A DNA stretch of 21,173 bases from Hormoscilla sp. (GTDB taxonomy: Bacteria > Cyanobacteriota > Cyanobacteriia > Cyanobacteriales > Desertifilaceae). The stretch covers positions 1 through 21,173 of the forward strand of contig JBFRWI010000089.1 of the NCBI GenBank assembly GCA_051439505.1, given 5' to 3'. Below the pieces are notes generated by a model. The model searched no databases and was not told where the DNA came from. It saw nothing but the letters and a program-made list of their open reading frames with translations. The first letter of the stretch is position 1; every line of letters begins with the position of its first letter. Made by a program: the position numbers and the translations under genes. Below are positions 7,323 to 15,041 of this stretch, piece by piece.

Positions 7323-7363
7323 AAAGTGCGATCGCTCCTGGTCCCAGAACAAAGTGCGATCGC
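7323..7363 (+). repeat. HIP1 repeat unit (28-bp variant), right end of the array
   Basis: HIP1 at 7328 and 7356 with TCCTGGTCCCAGAACAAAGT between. Confidence 0.85.
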
Positions 7364-7390
7364 GTGCATCTCGATCGGGCATCATCAATG

Positions 7391-7490
7391 GGGTGCAACG
7401 ATAATGCATGTAATGTAGCCCGCGCAGGCGGGCGCAAGTTCAGTGTAGCCGGGCCCTTTAGGGTTCGGGCGGCAAATATGGGATGCACCC
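7391..7490. mobile_element. Second copy of the GGGTGCA-ended MITE-like element
   Basis: GGGTGCA...TGCACCC ends with the same internal hairpins as 2863-2964; flanks TCATCAATG / TTATCGATA (6/9). Confidence 0.72.
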
Positions 7491-7515
7491 TTATCGATAC
7501 AACCAACTACCCGCT

Positions 7516-7648
7516 CAATACTTCTCGGTTAAGCAAGAGGCAGGGGGCAGGAGATTGCTTCGGGGGGGGTCTCTTCAATTTCCCATAAGTTAATCGCGGT
7601 TGTCCCCCCCTCGCAATGACAAATACAATCTTTAACCGAGAAGTATTG
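7516..7648. mobile_element. 133-bp MITE, IS4-family-like ends, inserted beside the mntB stop codon
   Basis: Perfect 17-bp TIRs CAATACTTCTCGGTTAA (7516-7532) and TTAACCGAGAAGTATTG (7632-7648); perfect 10-bp target duplication ACTACCCGCT (7506-7515, 7649-7658). Confidence 0.88.
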
Positions 7649-7649
7649 A

Positions 7650-8498
7650 CTACCCGCTTCCAGACTGGTGTGAAGTTAAAATCCCTTGAGTGGGACTGAA
7701 CAGCAATGCTAGCAGAAAAAATCCTGATACCACTAAGACGATCGCGGGACCGGAAGGCAAGTTAAAAAAGTAGCTGAGGTACATGCCACTGACACTGGCA
7801 ACCACCCCAATAACTGCCCCCAAAATCATCATTTGGTGCAGTCGCTTGACCAACAAATAAGCTGTTGCCCCAGGGGCGATCAGCAATGCTAGCACTAACA
7901 CGACGCCGACAGCTTTGAGACTGGCAACAATAGTGAGGGAAATGAGTACCATTAACCCAAAGTTGAGCAGGTTTACGGGTAAGCCAGCTGCTTGGGCCCC
8001 CAGAGGATCGAAGGTGTAAAAGAGCAATTCTTTGTATAGCAGCAGCACTACCAATAAGACAAAGGCCCCAATGATGGCAGTATCTCGCAAGTCAGTAATG
8101 GTGACGCCGAGAATGTTGCCGAACAGAAAGTGGTTGAGGTCGATCTTGTTGTCTTTTTGAATGATGGTAATTAAAGTAATGCCGAGCGCAAAAAAGGCAG
8201 AGAAGACTATCCCCATAGCGGCGTCCTCTTTGATGGGCGATCGCTTCGAGATCCAGGCAATAACCATGGTACTAAAAACCCCGGAAATAAAAGCACCGAC
8301 AAAAATATTGGCTCCTAACAGAAAGGCGATCGCCAGTCCGGGCAGTACGGAGTGACTGATGGCGTCTCCCAACAGCGCTAGTCGCTGCACCATCAGATAA
8401 CTGCCCACTACAGAACAGATGATGCCGACTAAAATAGCGATCGTCAGCGATCGCTGCATGAAACTATATTGCAAAGGTTCGATTAAACTTTCTAACAT
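7650..8498 (-). CDS. mntB: Mn/Zn ABC transporter permease
   Basis: ALLGDAISHSVLPG and LNHFLFGNILGV motifs, multi-TM. Probable start MLESLIEP at 8498; ORF track gives 8513. Confidence 0.92.
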   Translation of the reverse strand: MLESLIEPLQYSFMQRSLTIAILVGIICSVVGSYLMVQRLALLGDAISHSVLPGLAIAFLLGANIFVGAFISGVFSTMVIAWISKRSPIKEDAAMGIVFSAFFALGITLITIIQKDNKIDLNHFLFGNILGVTITDLRDTAIIGAFVLLVVLLLYKELLFYTFDPLGAQAAGLPVNLLNFGLMVLISLTIVASLKAVGVVLVLALLIAPGATAYLLVKRLHQMMILGAVIGVVASVSGMYLSYFFNLPSGPAIVLVVSGFFLLALLFSPTQGILTSHQSGSG

Positions 8499-8593
8499 GA
8501 AGCTGTCCTGCATTGAAATTGCTATGACCTACGAGACCCTTGTTGCCAGGAAATTCCCCAATTTTGAATTTCAAATTTTGAATTTTGAATTGT

Positions 8594-9391
8594 TTAAGCT
8601 GCCTCTCGTGCCAAGAAAAACACTTTACCGCCATAGGCACCGTACAGGTATTCTTCTGTGAGTACCTGCTGACGGGAACCCGAGGCAATTAATTCTTTAT
8701 TCAGTAAAATCAAATCATCGAAGTGAGCGATCGATTCTCCCAAGTCGTGGTTGACGACTAAGACTATTTTACCCGCAGCGGCCAGTTCGTGAAAAATATC
8801 GAAAATTACTGCTTCGGTTTTTTGGTCTACCCCCACAAAGGGTTCGTCAAAGCAGAAAATTTCTGCTTCTTGCGCGATCGCCCGGGCAATAAATACCCGC
8901 TGCTGCTGTCCTCCCGAGAGTTGCCCGATCGGGCGGTGGCGATAGGCACTCATACCCAAGCGTTCCAAAGCATCGGCAGCAATATGCCGACTCGTAGCAG
9001 AAAAGGGACGCAACCAACCAGTTTTCTTCACTCTACCCATCATGACCACATCCCAAACAATAGCAGGATAGGTCCAATCGATTTGCGATCGCTGGGGTAC
9101 GTAGGCCACTTTTTCCAGTTGGGCGATCAGCGGTTTGTCGTTATACAGTACCGTGCCAGTGGCGGTGGGAACTAACCCCAGCATCCCCTTGAGTAGGGTA
9201 CTTTTCCCCGCCCCGTTGGGACCGATGATTCCCGTTAACCGTCCCGATCGGACTACACAATTTATATCCTGTAGTGCCTGCAACTGGCGATAATTCACCC
9301 CCAGATGGGTAATGATCATCTCTGGCGCCGCCTGATCGCCTGTCCAACCTCCCGATAGCGAGGGACTGCTAGATAATTTCCCGGTCTTCAT
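8594..9391 (-). CDS. mntA: Mn/Zn ABC transporter ATP-binding protein
   Basis: Walker A GPNGAGKST, signature LSGGQQQR, DEPFVGVD, AYVPQRSQIDW. Confidence 0.93.
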   Translation of the reverse strand: MKTGKLSSSPSLSGGWTGDQAAPEMIITHLGVNYRQLQALQDINCVVRSGRLTGIIGPNGAGKSTLLKGMLGLVPTATGTVLYNDKPLIAQLEKVAYVPQRSQIDWTYPAIVWDVVMMGRVKKTGWLRPFSATSRHIAADALERLGMSAYRHRPIGQLSGGQQQRVFIARAIAQEAEIFCFDEPFVGVDQKTEAVIFDIFHELAAAGKIVLVVNHDLGESIAHFDDLILLNKELIASGSRQQVLTEEYLYGAYGGKVFFLAREAA

Positions 9392-9430
9392 GATTTATTT
9401 CTATACTCACCTTGACTATTTTACCCAAAA

Positions 9431-9481
9431 AATGAAAAGATTATGATGTCAAAATGAAATCAATATGAATGTCTATGAGAT
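9431..9481. promoter_or_regulatory. ManR-type direct-repeat box in the divergent mntA/mntC promoter
   Basis: (A/T)ATGA half-sites with ATGA at 9432, 9443, 9454, 9465 and 9475. AATGAAAAGATTATGA resembles the ManR site TATGAAAAGAATATGAGAA as I recall it. Confidence 0.7.
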
Positions 9482-9532
9482 CGCCGGTTACTCAGCGGGG
9501 TGTAACCCGCACCCAAAGAAGCACCCAAAGAA

Positions 9533-9611
9533 GCCGCACCCTAAAGGGTGCGGCTACAGAAACAAAGCAATGTCATTGCGAGCGCAGCGTGGCAACCGCC
9601 TGCGCGGGCTT
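9533..9611 (-). repeat. REP-like element with nested 27-nt insert; inverted partner at 10731-10810
   Basis: 9563-9611 is the exact reverse complement of 10731-10779 (49 bp). Confidence 0.85.
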
Positions 9612-9657
9612 CAGGCGGGTGCCAGCTGCTGCGCAGCAGTTTTCTATAGGCAAAAAG

Positions 9658-10632
9658 GTGAAAAAGATTTATGTGTCTCGGATCTGCCTGGGATTATTGA
9701 TGCCTTTTGCCTTATTCGCATGTACCCAACCGAGTGGCGATCGGGTGAATGCTGGGGGCGATCGGCCATCAGTTGTAGCAACTAGCACCATCCTCAACGA
9801 CTTGGCAGAACAACTGTCCGGAGACGAAATCGAACTGACGGGTATTCTGGAACCAGGCGCGGACCCTCATATTTACGAACCCGTACCGCAAGACAGTAAA
9901 GCCTTGGAGGAAGCTGATTTAATTTTCTATAACGGCTATAATTTAGAGCCCGGCTTGATCAAGATGATCGAGGCAGTAGGAGGGAAGGCCCGTAAGGTAG
10001 CAGTCGGGGAAGTGGTGCAGTCATTACAGATGGAACAGTATGGGGAGACAGAACCAGATCCTCACGTTTGGGGCAATGGCAAAAATGTCATTATGATGGT
10101 AAAAGCGATGCGGGATGCCTTAATTGAAATTTCCCCATCCGACCGAGAGGAATTTACCCAAAATGCCGCACAGTTGATAGAGGAATTAGAACGGTTGGAT
10201 ACTTGGATTATCCAGCAAATTCAAACCATTCCCGCGAGTAAGCGCAAGTTGATTACCAGCCATGATGCTTTTCAATATTATGCCAATGCTTATGGGTTAG
10301 AAGTTTCCGGTACGCTAATTGGGATCAGCACGGAGGAACAACCCAGTGCTCAAACCGTGCGGCAGTTGGTGCAGGCGGTAAAAAATACGGGCGTTCCTGC
10401 TATTTTTGCCGAAACAACGATTAATCCTCAGTTGATTAAGACTGTGGCCGCAGAAGCTGGGGTAAAATTGGCACCACAAGAACTTTATTCTGATTCGATC
10501 GGGGCACCGGGCAGTGAAGGGGATTCCTATGTTAACATGATGGTGGCGAATACCCGGGCGATCGTGGAAGCCCTCGGCGGGAAGTATACGCCTTTTGATC
10601 CAACAGAGAAAGATGATAGGGAAAAGCGGTAA
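9658..10632 (+). CDS. mntC: Mn/Zn ABC transporter substrate-binding lipoprotein
   Basis: DPHIYEP, DPHVW, SHDAF and YSDS motifs. GTG 9658 gives signal peptide MKKIYVSRICLGLLMPFALFA-C (lipobox); the track's longer N-terminus from 9469 is repeat-derived. Confidence 0.9.
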   Translation: MKKIYVSRICLGLLMPFALFACTQPSGDRVNAGGDRPSVVATSTILNDLAEQLSGDEIELTGILEPGADPHIYEPVPQDSKALEEADLIFYNGYNLEPGLIKMIEAVGGKARKVAVGEVVQSLQMEQYGETEPDPHVWGNGKNVIMMVKAMRDALIEISPSDREEFTQNAAQLIEELERLDTWIIQQIQTIPASKRKLITSHDAFQYYANAYGLEVSGTLIGISTEEQPSAQTVRQLVQAVKNTGVPAIFAETTINPQLIKTVAAEAGVKLAPQELYSDSIGAPGSEGDSYVNMMVANTRAIVEALGGKYTPFDPTEKDDREKR

Positions 10633-10730
10633 AATTAAGATCCGAAAATCCCATAGCACATTATCCTCCAGCCCATCGCCCGATCGCATGGGAACTTGAT
10701 TAGAGGTAGCACAGATGAGGAAAGTCCGGA

Positions 10731-10810
10731 AAGCCCGCGCAGGCGGTTGCCACGCTGCGCTCGCAATGACATTGCTTTGGAACTGTAGCCCCACCCTTTA
10801 GGGTGAGGGC
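10731..10810 (+). repeat. REP-like element with nested 27-nt insert
   Basis: AAGCCCGCGCAGGCGG-[TTGCCACGCTGCGCTCGCAATGACATT]-GCTTTG...GTAGCC..ACCCTTTAGGGT. Confidence 0.85.
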
Positions 10811-10840
10811 GGTGGTAGCTGTTAGATGAAATAATGGCAG

Positions 10841-11530
10841 ATGTATGATAAGATAGAAATATCAGATTCAGGTAAATCGCCAATGACTTCTCAAGCGCCA
10901 AAAATTGATACGCAGCAATGGTCGGGACTAATTTCAGCAGTAGTGGAAGCTGCGGTCAAGCAAACTCAACCCGTTCTCAATCAACTGCTGAAAATCGTCA
11001 TGCATGATATTCCTTTACAACAACCAGAAGAATTGAGAGCGCCAACGGCCAAACACCTCCTCATAGAAATTGGCAAAGGCATGACACGAGCCCTGGGAAG
11101 CCCAACTCACCCCACCCTAGCATGGTTTGTGGTACATGTGGGTGTGGGAGCCACCCCTGCGGAGGCGGTGCAGTCAGTACAAATGTTGCTAGAACAAGGG
11201 TTTGTCCCTTTTGCAGATTTCTTTACGGACCGTCAAGGAATACATTTCTACGACGATGGGGCGACCCAGGAAAAACTCCAGAAAATGCCCGAAAGGTTGT
11301 CAGAGTTTACCCAGATGACCGTGAACATCAATATTAAAGAAGTTCATCATATTATGGAGAAATATAAGGTGTTAGAACCCCTAGCTAGAAAGATGTTGAT
11401 GAATCTCAAAATCTTGGAACAGAAGATGAATGTACCCCTGGAAGAATTGTTGTCGGAATTGGATCGGAATCAGGTATTACTGCAACAGGTGATGAACTCA
11501 GATTTTGCTGGCAGTATTGATACTAATTGA
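10841..11530 (+). CDS. Hypothetical protein
   Basis: 229-aa ORF filling the intergenic space; no motif recognised; start may be ATG 10883. Confidence 0.7.
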   Translation: MYDKIEISDSGKSPMTSQAPKIDTQQWSGLISAVVEAAVKQTQPVLNQLLKIVMHDIPLQQPEELRAPTAKHLLIEIGKGMTRALGSPTHPTLAWFVVHVGVGATPAEAVQSVQMLLEQGFVPFADFFTDRQGIHFYDDGATQEKLQKMPERLSEFTQMTVNINIKEVHHIMEKYKVLEPLARKMLMNLKILEQKMNVPLEELLSELDRNQVLLQQVMNSDFAGSIDTN

Positions 11531-11583
11531 ATCAGTAAGGAAAGGGTGTGGTCTTGCACCAGTTGGTAAAAGCGGTGGTGCCT

Positions 11584-11609
11584 GGTGGGCGGTGCCCACC
11601 CTACATTAT
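11584..11609 (-). repeat. GTAG-type REP hairpin; degenerate direct copy at 12491-12512
   Basis: Minus strand GTAGGGTGGGCACCGCCCACC; 11588-11609 matches 12491-12512 at 20/22. Confidence 0.7.
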
Positions 11610-11616
11610 TACATAA

Positions 11617-12243
11617 CTATTGACTAACCAATTGACCGAGTCGCTTTAAGATGCTCAGGACAATGTACAGATCGTGCTCCCGCCGCAACGCAAACTGCTC
11701 TGACTCAGCATATCTCGGTGTATCTTGTTTAGTCAACTTGAGAAAGATAAAATCTAGACCGTTGGTAACAAATCCAAATGCAGGTTTTTCAGAATCAGGT
11801 TTACCCAGCATATAACTCAGTGTTTGGGGTATTCCCGCCTCCAGAGAGTATTGTGCCTTTTTCGCCTCAATTGCCATTATCCAAAATTCCGGGGTAAACA
11901 CCAGCAGGTCGAGACGCCCTTTGACAACAGTTTCCTCATCCACAGAGATAATTTTTACCTCTTTCTCCCCAGCAAGGTAAAATGGCGGGCGATAAAACCC
12001 TGCTAGTTTCAACAAGGGAGAAAGCACCACTAACTTGACGATCGGTTCGAGGATGGGATATTTGGACAAGTGACGATAGTCGGCTTTCACCTCATCTAGA
12101 ACCTGTTTTTCTGCTGCGGTGAGTTCTGGCAAATTCTCTTGCCATTCTTGGAAGAATTGTTTGTCGTCCTCAGTCCGTTCTAGACCAAACTTTTCACTTA
12201 AGTCCATCAGGGTGATATTTTGGGCTTGAATAGTTTCAACCAT
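11617..12243 (-). CDS. HsdR N-terminal-like PD-(D/E)xK nuclease-fold protein (stand-alone cyanobacterial family)
   Basis: VKGRLDLLV...AIEAKK...GIPQTLSYM...FGFVTNG motifs; TGGTATAAT upstream near 12277-12269. Confidence 0.8.
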   Translation of the reverse strand: MVETIQAQNITLMDLSEKFGLERTEDDKQFFQEWQENLPELTAAEKQVLDEVKADYRHLSKYPILEPIVKLVVLSPLLKLAGFYRPPFYLAGEKEVKIISVDEETVVKGRLDLLVFTPEFWIMAIEAKKAQYSLEAGIPQTLSYMLGKPDSEKPAFGFVTNGLDFIFLKLTKQDTPRYAESEQFALRREHDLYIVLSILKRLGQLVSQ

Positions 12244-12578
12244 GAGTTTCTCTCCAATGTCTTTAATTATTATACCAATAAGCTACTATCGCGCAATGAT
12301 AAATTAGGCGATCGCCATTTTTACAGAACTCAATATTTTATGCGATCTAGAGAATTGCTGAATTTTGAATTGCTTAACCCGTGTCAGTAGTCGTTCCGCC
12401 TGCTGTTTCGCCGACCTAAAAAAATGTTGGCTTCTTGCACATCGCCCAGGAATAACTGTTGGCTAGCTGTAAAAAAAATAATACCTGTAAGGCGGTTTCC
12501 ACCCTACATTATGCCATTTGCTGAACTATTTTTTGAGGTTAGTCACGGGATGCTTCGGTGGTTCTCGCCTCCAAAAAC

Positions 12579-12658
12579 GGGTGCATCTGGTATGCATGTA
12601 ATCTAGCCCGCGCAGGCGGGCTTTGTTCGTGTAGCCGGACCCTTTAGGGTTCGGGCGG
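12579..12658. mobile_element. Third, right-truncated copy of the GGGTGCA-ended element
   Basis: GGGTGCATCT...ATGCATGTAAT..AGCCCGCGCAGGCGGGCTTTGTT...GTAGCCGGACCCTTTAGGGTTCGGGC; no right end seen. Confidence 0.7.
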
Positions 12659-12684
12659 TGACTTTCGCAGGTTCGCGGAAACCA

Positions 12685-13746
12685 TTAGACTGCGATCGCC
12701 TGTCTCTGTTCTATCTCCTGTGCTTCAGTATAACCCATCGCTGTCAGGGAGGCGATCGCCCGATCGATCAACTCGACCCCTGCGGTCACGGATTCAATCT
12801 TCGCCAATTTACCCCGCAATTCCCCAGCATTGGGAAAACCCTTCGCATACCAAGTCATGTGCTTGCGGGCTTGGCGAATTCCCCGATCGCCCTTATACTC
12901 GTACAAAGCCTGTAAATGTTCCCGGGCACAAAGCAACCTTTCTACAGCAGTCGGCGGTGGCAACTGCTTGCCAGTCTTCAAGAAATAGTCAATTTCTCCC
13001 ACCAGAAACGGATAACCCAGAGTCCCTCGCGAACACATCAGGCCATCAGCACCCGTTTCTTCCAAACACCGCACCGCCGCTTCTACCGAAAAAATATCCC
13101 CATTGCCGATCACCGGAATCGACAGAATTTCCTTCACCCTGCCAATCCATTCCCATCTAGCCGGTCCATTATAGCCTTGAGCGCGAGTCCGACCGTGCAG
13201 CGTCAGCATTTGCGCCCCCGCATCTTCCATCCTGCGGGCAAATTCCAGAATATTGATTTCTTGATTCGACCACCCGATCCGGGTTTTGACTGTCACCGGC
13301 ACATCCACCGCCTGGGACACCTCCCGGACGATCGCCTCTGCCACATCCGGTTGCCGCAACAGGGAGGAACCCCCACCATTTTTGGTAATCTTATTCACCG
13401 GGCAACCCATATTAATATCTACCGTATCCGCCCCTTCCGCCACCGCCTTCTGAGCAGCTTCGGCCAAGAAATCCGGACGACAGTCAAACAGCTGGATGCT
13501 AATCGGGCGTTCCTGCGGGTCTACCTCCATAATCTTCGGCAACTGCTTGACATAATGCAACCCCGTGGCATTCACCATTTCCGTGTACATCATCGACTCT
13601 GGCGCATAACGGCGCACCAGGCGACGGAACACCAAGTCAGTCACCCCCGATAGGGGAGATTGCAGTACGCGGCTGTTGACCTCCACCGAGCCAATTTTCA
13701 GAGGGGTTTCCAGTCGCGATTGTAGTTCTGGAGACAAATATACCAT
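12685..13746 (-). CDS. dusB: tRNA-dihydrouridine synthase
   Basis: QSPLSGVTD, DINMGCPVNK, VTVKTRIGW, TLHGRT and GNGDI motifs. Probable start 13746; ORF track gives 13761. Confidence 0.95.
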   Translation of the reverse strand: MVYLSPELQSRLETPLKIGSVEVNSRVLQSPLSGVTDLVFRRLVRRYAPESMMYTEMVNATGLHYVKQLPKIMEVDPQERPISIQLFDCRPDFLAEAAQKAVAEGADTVDINMGCPVNKITKNGGGSSLLRQPDVAEAIVREVSQAVDVPVTVKTRIGWSNQEINILEFARRMEDAGAQMLTLHGRTRAQGYNGPARWEWIGRVKEILSIPVIGNGDIFSVEAAVRCLEETGADGLMCSRGTLGYPFLVGEIDYFLKTGKQLPPPTAVERLLCAREHLQALYEYKGDRGIRQARKHMTWYAKGFPNAGELRGKLAKIESVTAGVELIDRAIASLTAMGYTEAQEIEQRQAIAV

Positions 13747-13820
13747 AAACCCATACATCAATTCATTACTAAGCTTATTTCATCTTAGACCAACATCTTG
13801 CCCTGGGTTCCCATCGGCAG

Positions 13821-14233
13821 ACGGCAAACACCACCACCGGATACGGTTGGCACCCTAGTCTGAAACCCCTCGATCGCATAGGATGGGTTAATGGCTAATG
13901 GCTAATGGTTAATGACTAATGGCTAATGGTTAATGGCTAATGGCTAATGGCTAATGGCTAATGGTTAATGGCTAATGGCTAATGGCTAATGGCTAATGGC
14001 TAATGGCTAATGGCTAATGGCTAATGGCTAATTTTTAATAGCTGGCCAGACGGCAAACACCAATAGCAGAATACGGTCCCCACCAATGTCTCAGACAGTT
14101 TGTTTGACCTAGCATGTGATTGTTAATGGCTAATTGCTAATTTTTAATAGCTGGCCAGACGGCAAACACCAATAGCAGAATACGGTCCCCACCAATGTCT
14201 CAGACAGTTTGTATGACCTAGCATGTAATTGTT
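13821..14233 (+). promoter_or_regulatory. Three promoter-like units upstream of the Hsp20 gene, each with two ACGG-N4-CACC motifs and a -10-like hexamer
   Basis: Motifs at 13821/13843, 14050/14073 and 14159/14182. TAGGAT at 13879, TAGCAT at 14110 and 14219. Units 2 and 3 are a near-perfect 109-bp tandem duplication. Confidence 0.6.
13889..14032. repeat. Heptamer tandem repeat (TAATGGC)x20, STRR-type
   Basis: 140 bp of 7-mers with a few TAATGGT/TAATGAC variants. Confidence 0.95.
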
Positions 14234-14311
14234 GTCGAAGCAAATAATTAAAGAAAAAATGACTGCTAGGCTGACGACAGCCCTAGGCTCATAAATTAAG
14301 GAGAAGGGATA

Positions 14312-14824
14312 ATGAGCACGTTAATTATGTCTGCACCTCAGCAACAAAAAGAATTGTTACGGCATCAGCTAAATCAACTATTGAACGATGTCGGCACTTC
14401 CCAGAAATCGGCGGATAGGACTTGGACTCCAGCAATGGAAATGCAAAGCACTTCTACCGCAGTTATCTTGCGTCTAGAACTGCCGGGAGTAGCAGGCAAA
14501 GATGTAGACTTACAGGTGACGCGGGAAGCAGTTTTGATTGCAGGCGATCGCCCCACTAACCAAAGTCAAGGCAGATGGGTCTCAGAAATATGCTACGGCA
14601 AATTCCGTCGCTTTATTCCTTTGCCCGTAGCAGTAGATAATACGCAGGTGCAGACAGAATTTAACAATGGGATTCTCACCCTGACCTTACCAAAATTGGC
14701 AGCGGTACGTCCGGAGGTAGTGAAAGTGAAGGTATCGTCAGCTAGCAGCACTCCGGAAACAGAAGTTGCCTCAGCTGCTGTAACGGAACCGGATGAATTA
14801 GAAACAGACCTTTGGGCAGCCTAG
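14312..14824 (+). CDS. Hsp20/alpha-crystallin small heat-shock protein
   Basis: WTPAME...LELPGV...SEICYGKFRRFIPLP...FNNGILTLTLPK; SD AAGGAG. Confidence 0.93.
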   Translation: MSTLIMSAPQQQKELLRHQLNQLLNDVGTSQKSADRTWTPAMEMQSTSTAVILRLELPGVAGKDVDLQVTREAVLIAGDRPTNQSQGRWVSEICYGKFRRFIPLPVAVDNTQVQTEFNNGILTLTLPKLAAVRPEVVKVKVSSASSTPETEVASAAVTEPDELETDLWAA

Positions 14825-14871
14825 TATACACAACAGCAAAGGGGGTATAGCTGTCAACCGTCCCCGATCGG

Positions 14872-14887
14872 GTTCGGTAAACCCCCC
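14872..14887 (+). promoter_or_regulatory. K-box (Rre1-type site) upstream of dnaK
   Basis: GTTCGG-TAAA-CCCCCC versus consensus GTTCGG-NNAN-CCNNAC (1 mismatch). Confidence 0.65.
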
Positions 14888-15041
14888 TTCATGAGAGAGC
14901 CTCAAGGTGATCAGTATAGATATAACGATATCAGCAGACATCCCGCTGTGGCTCAATTACGGCTAGACCCATCAGCCCAAACCCTACTCGTGGCTCGACC
15001 AACAAGCAGAAAACCCTAGTAATTAGAATCAGGACAGTATT

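Noticed and set aside
2755..7363. CRISPR array interpretation of the 29-bp repeats
   Set aside because: Units are directly tandem or separated by 0.1-1.4 kb of genes, are degenerate, and no cas genes are present.
936..7625. Composite transposon bounded by the inverted GTCATTGCGAG repeats
   Set aside because: Each copy is internal to its own small TIR element, there is no shared target duplication and no transposase.
9469..9657. 63-aa N-terminal extension of MntC
   Set aside because: It starts inside the ManR-like box and is encoded by a REP element; a normal lipoprotein signal begins at GTG 9658.
12370..12420. Possible remnant of a Uma2-type C-terminal tail (minus strand AKQQAERLL)
   Set aside because: Too short to support.
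14266..14287. RNA thermometer in the Hsp20 leader
   Set aside because: The hairpin CTAGGCTG/CAGCCCTAG exists but does not cover the Shine-Dalgarno sequence.
14825..15041. CIRCE element upstream of dnaK
   Set aside because: No TTAGCACTC-N9-GAGTGCTAA match seen.
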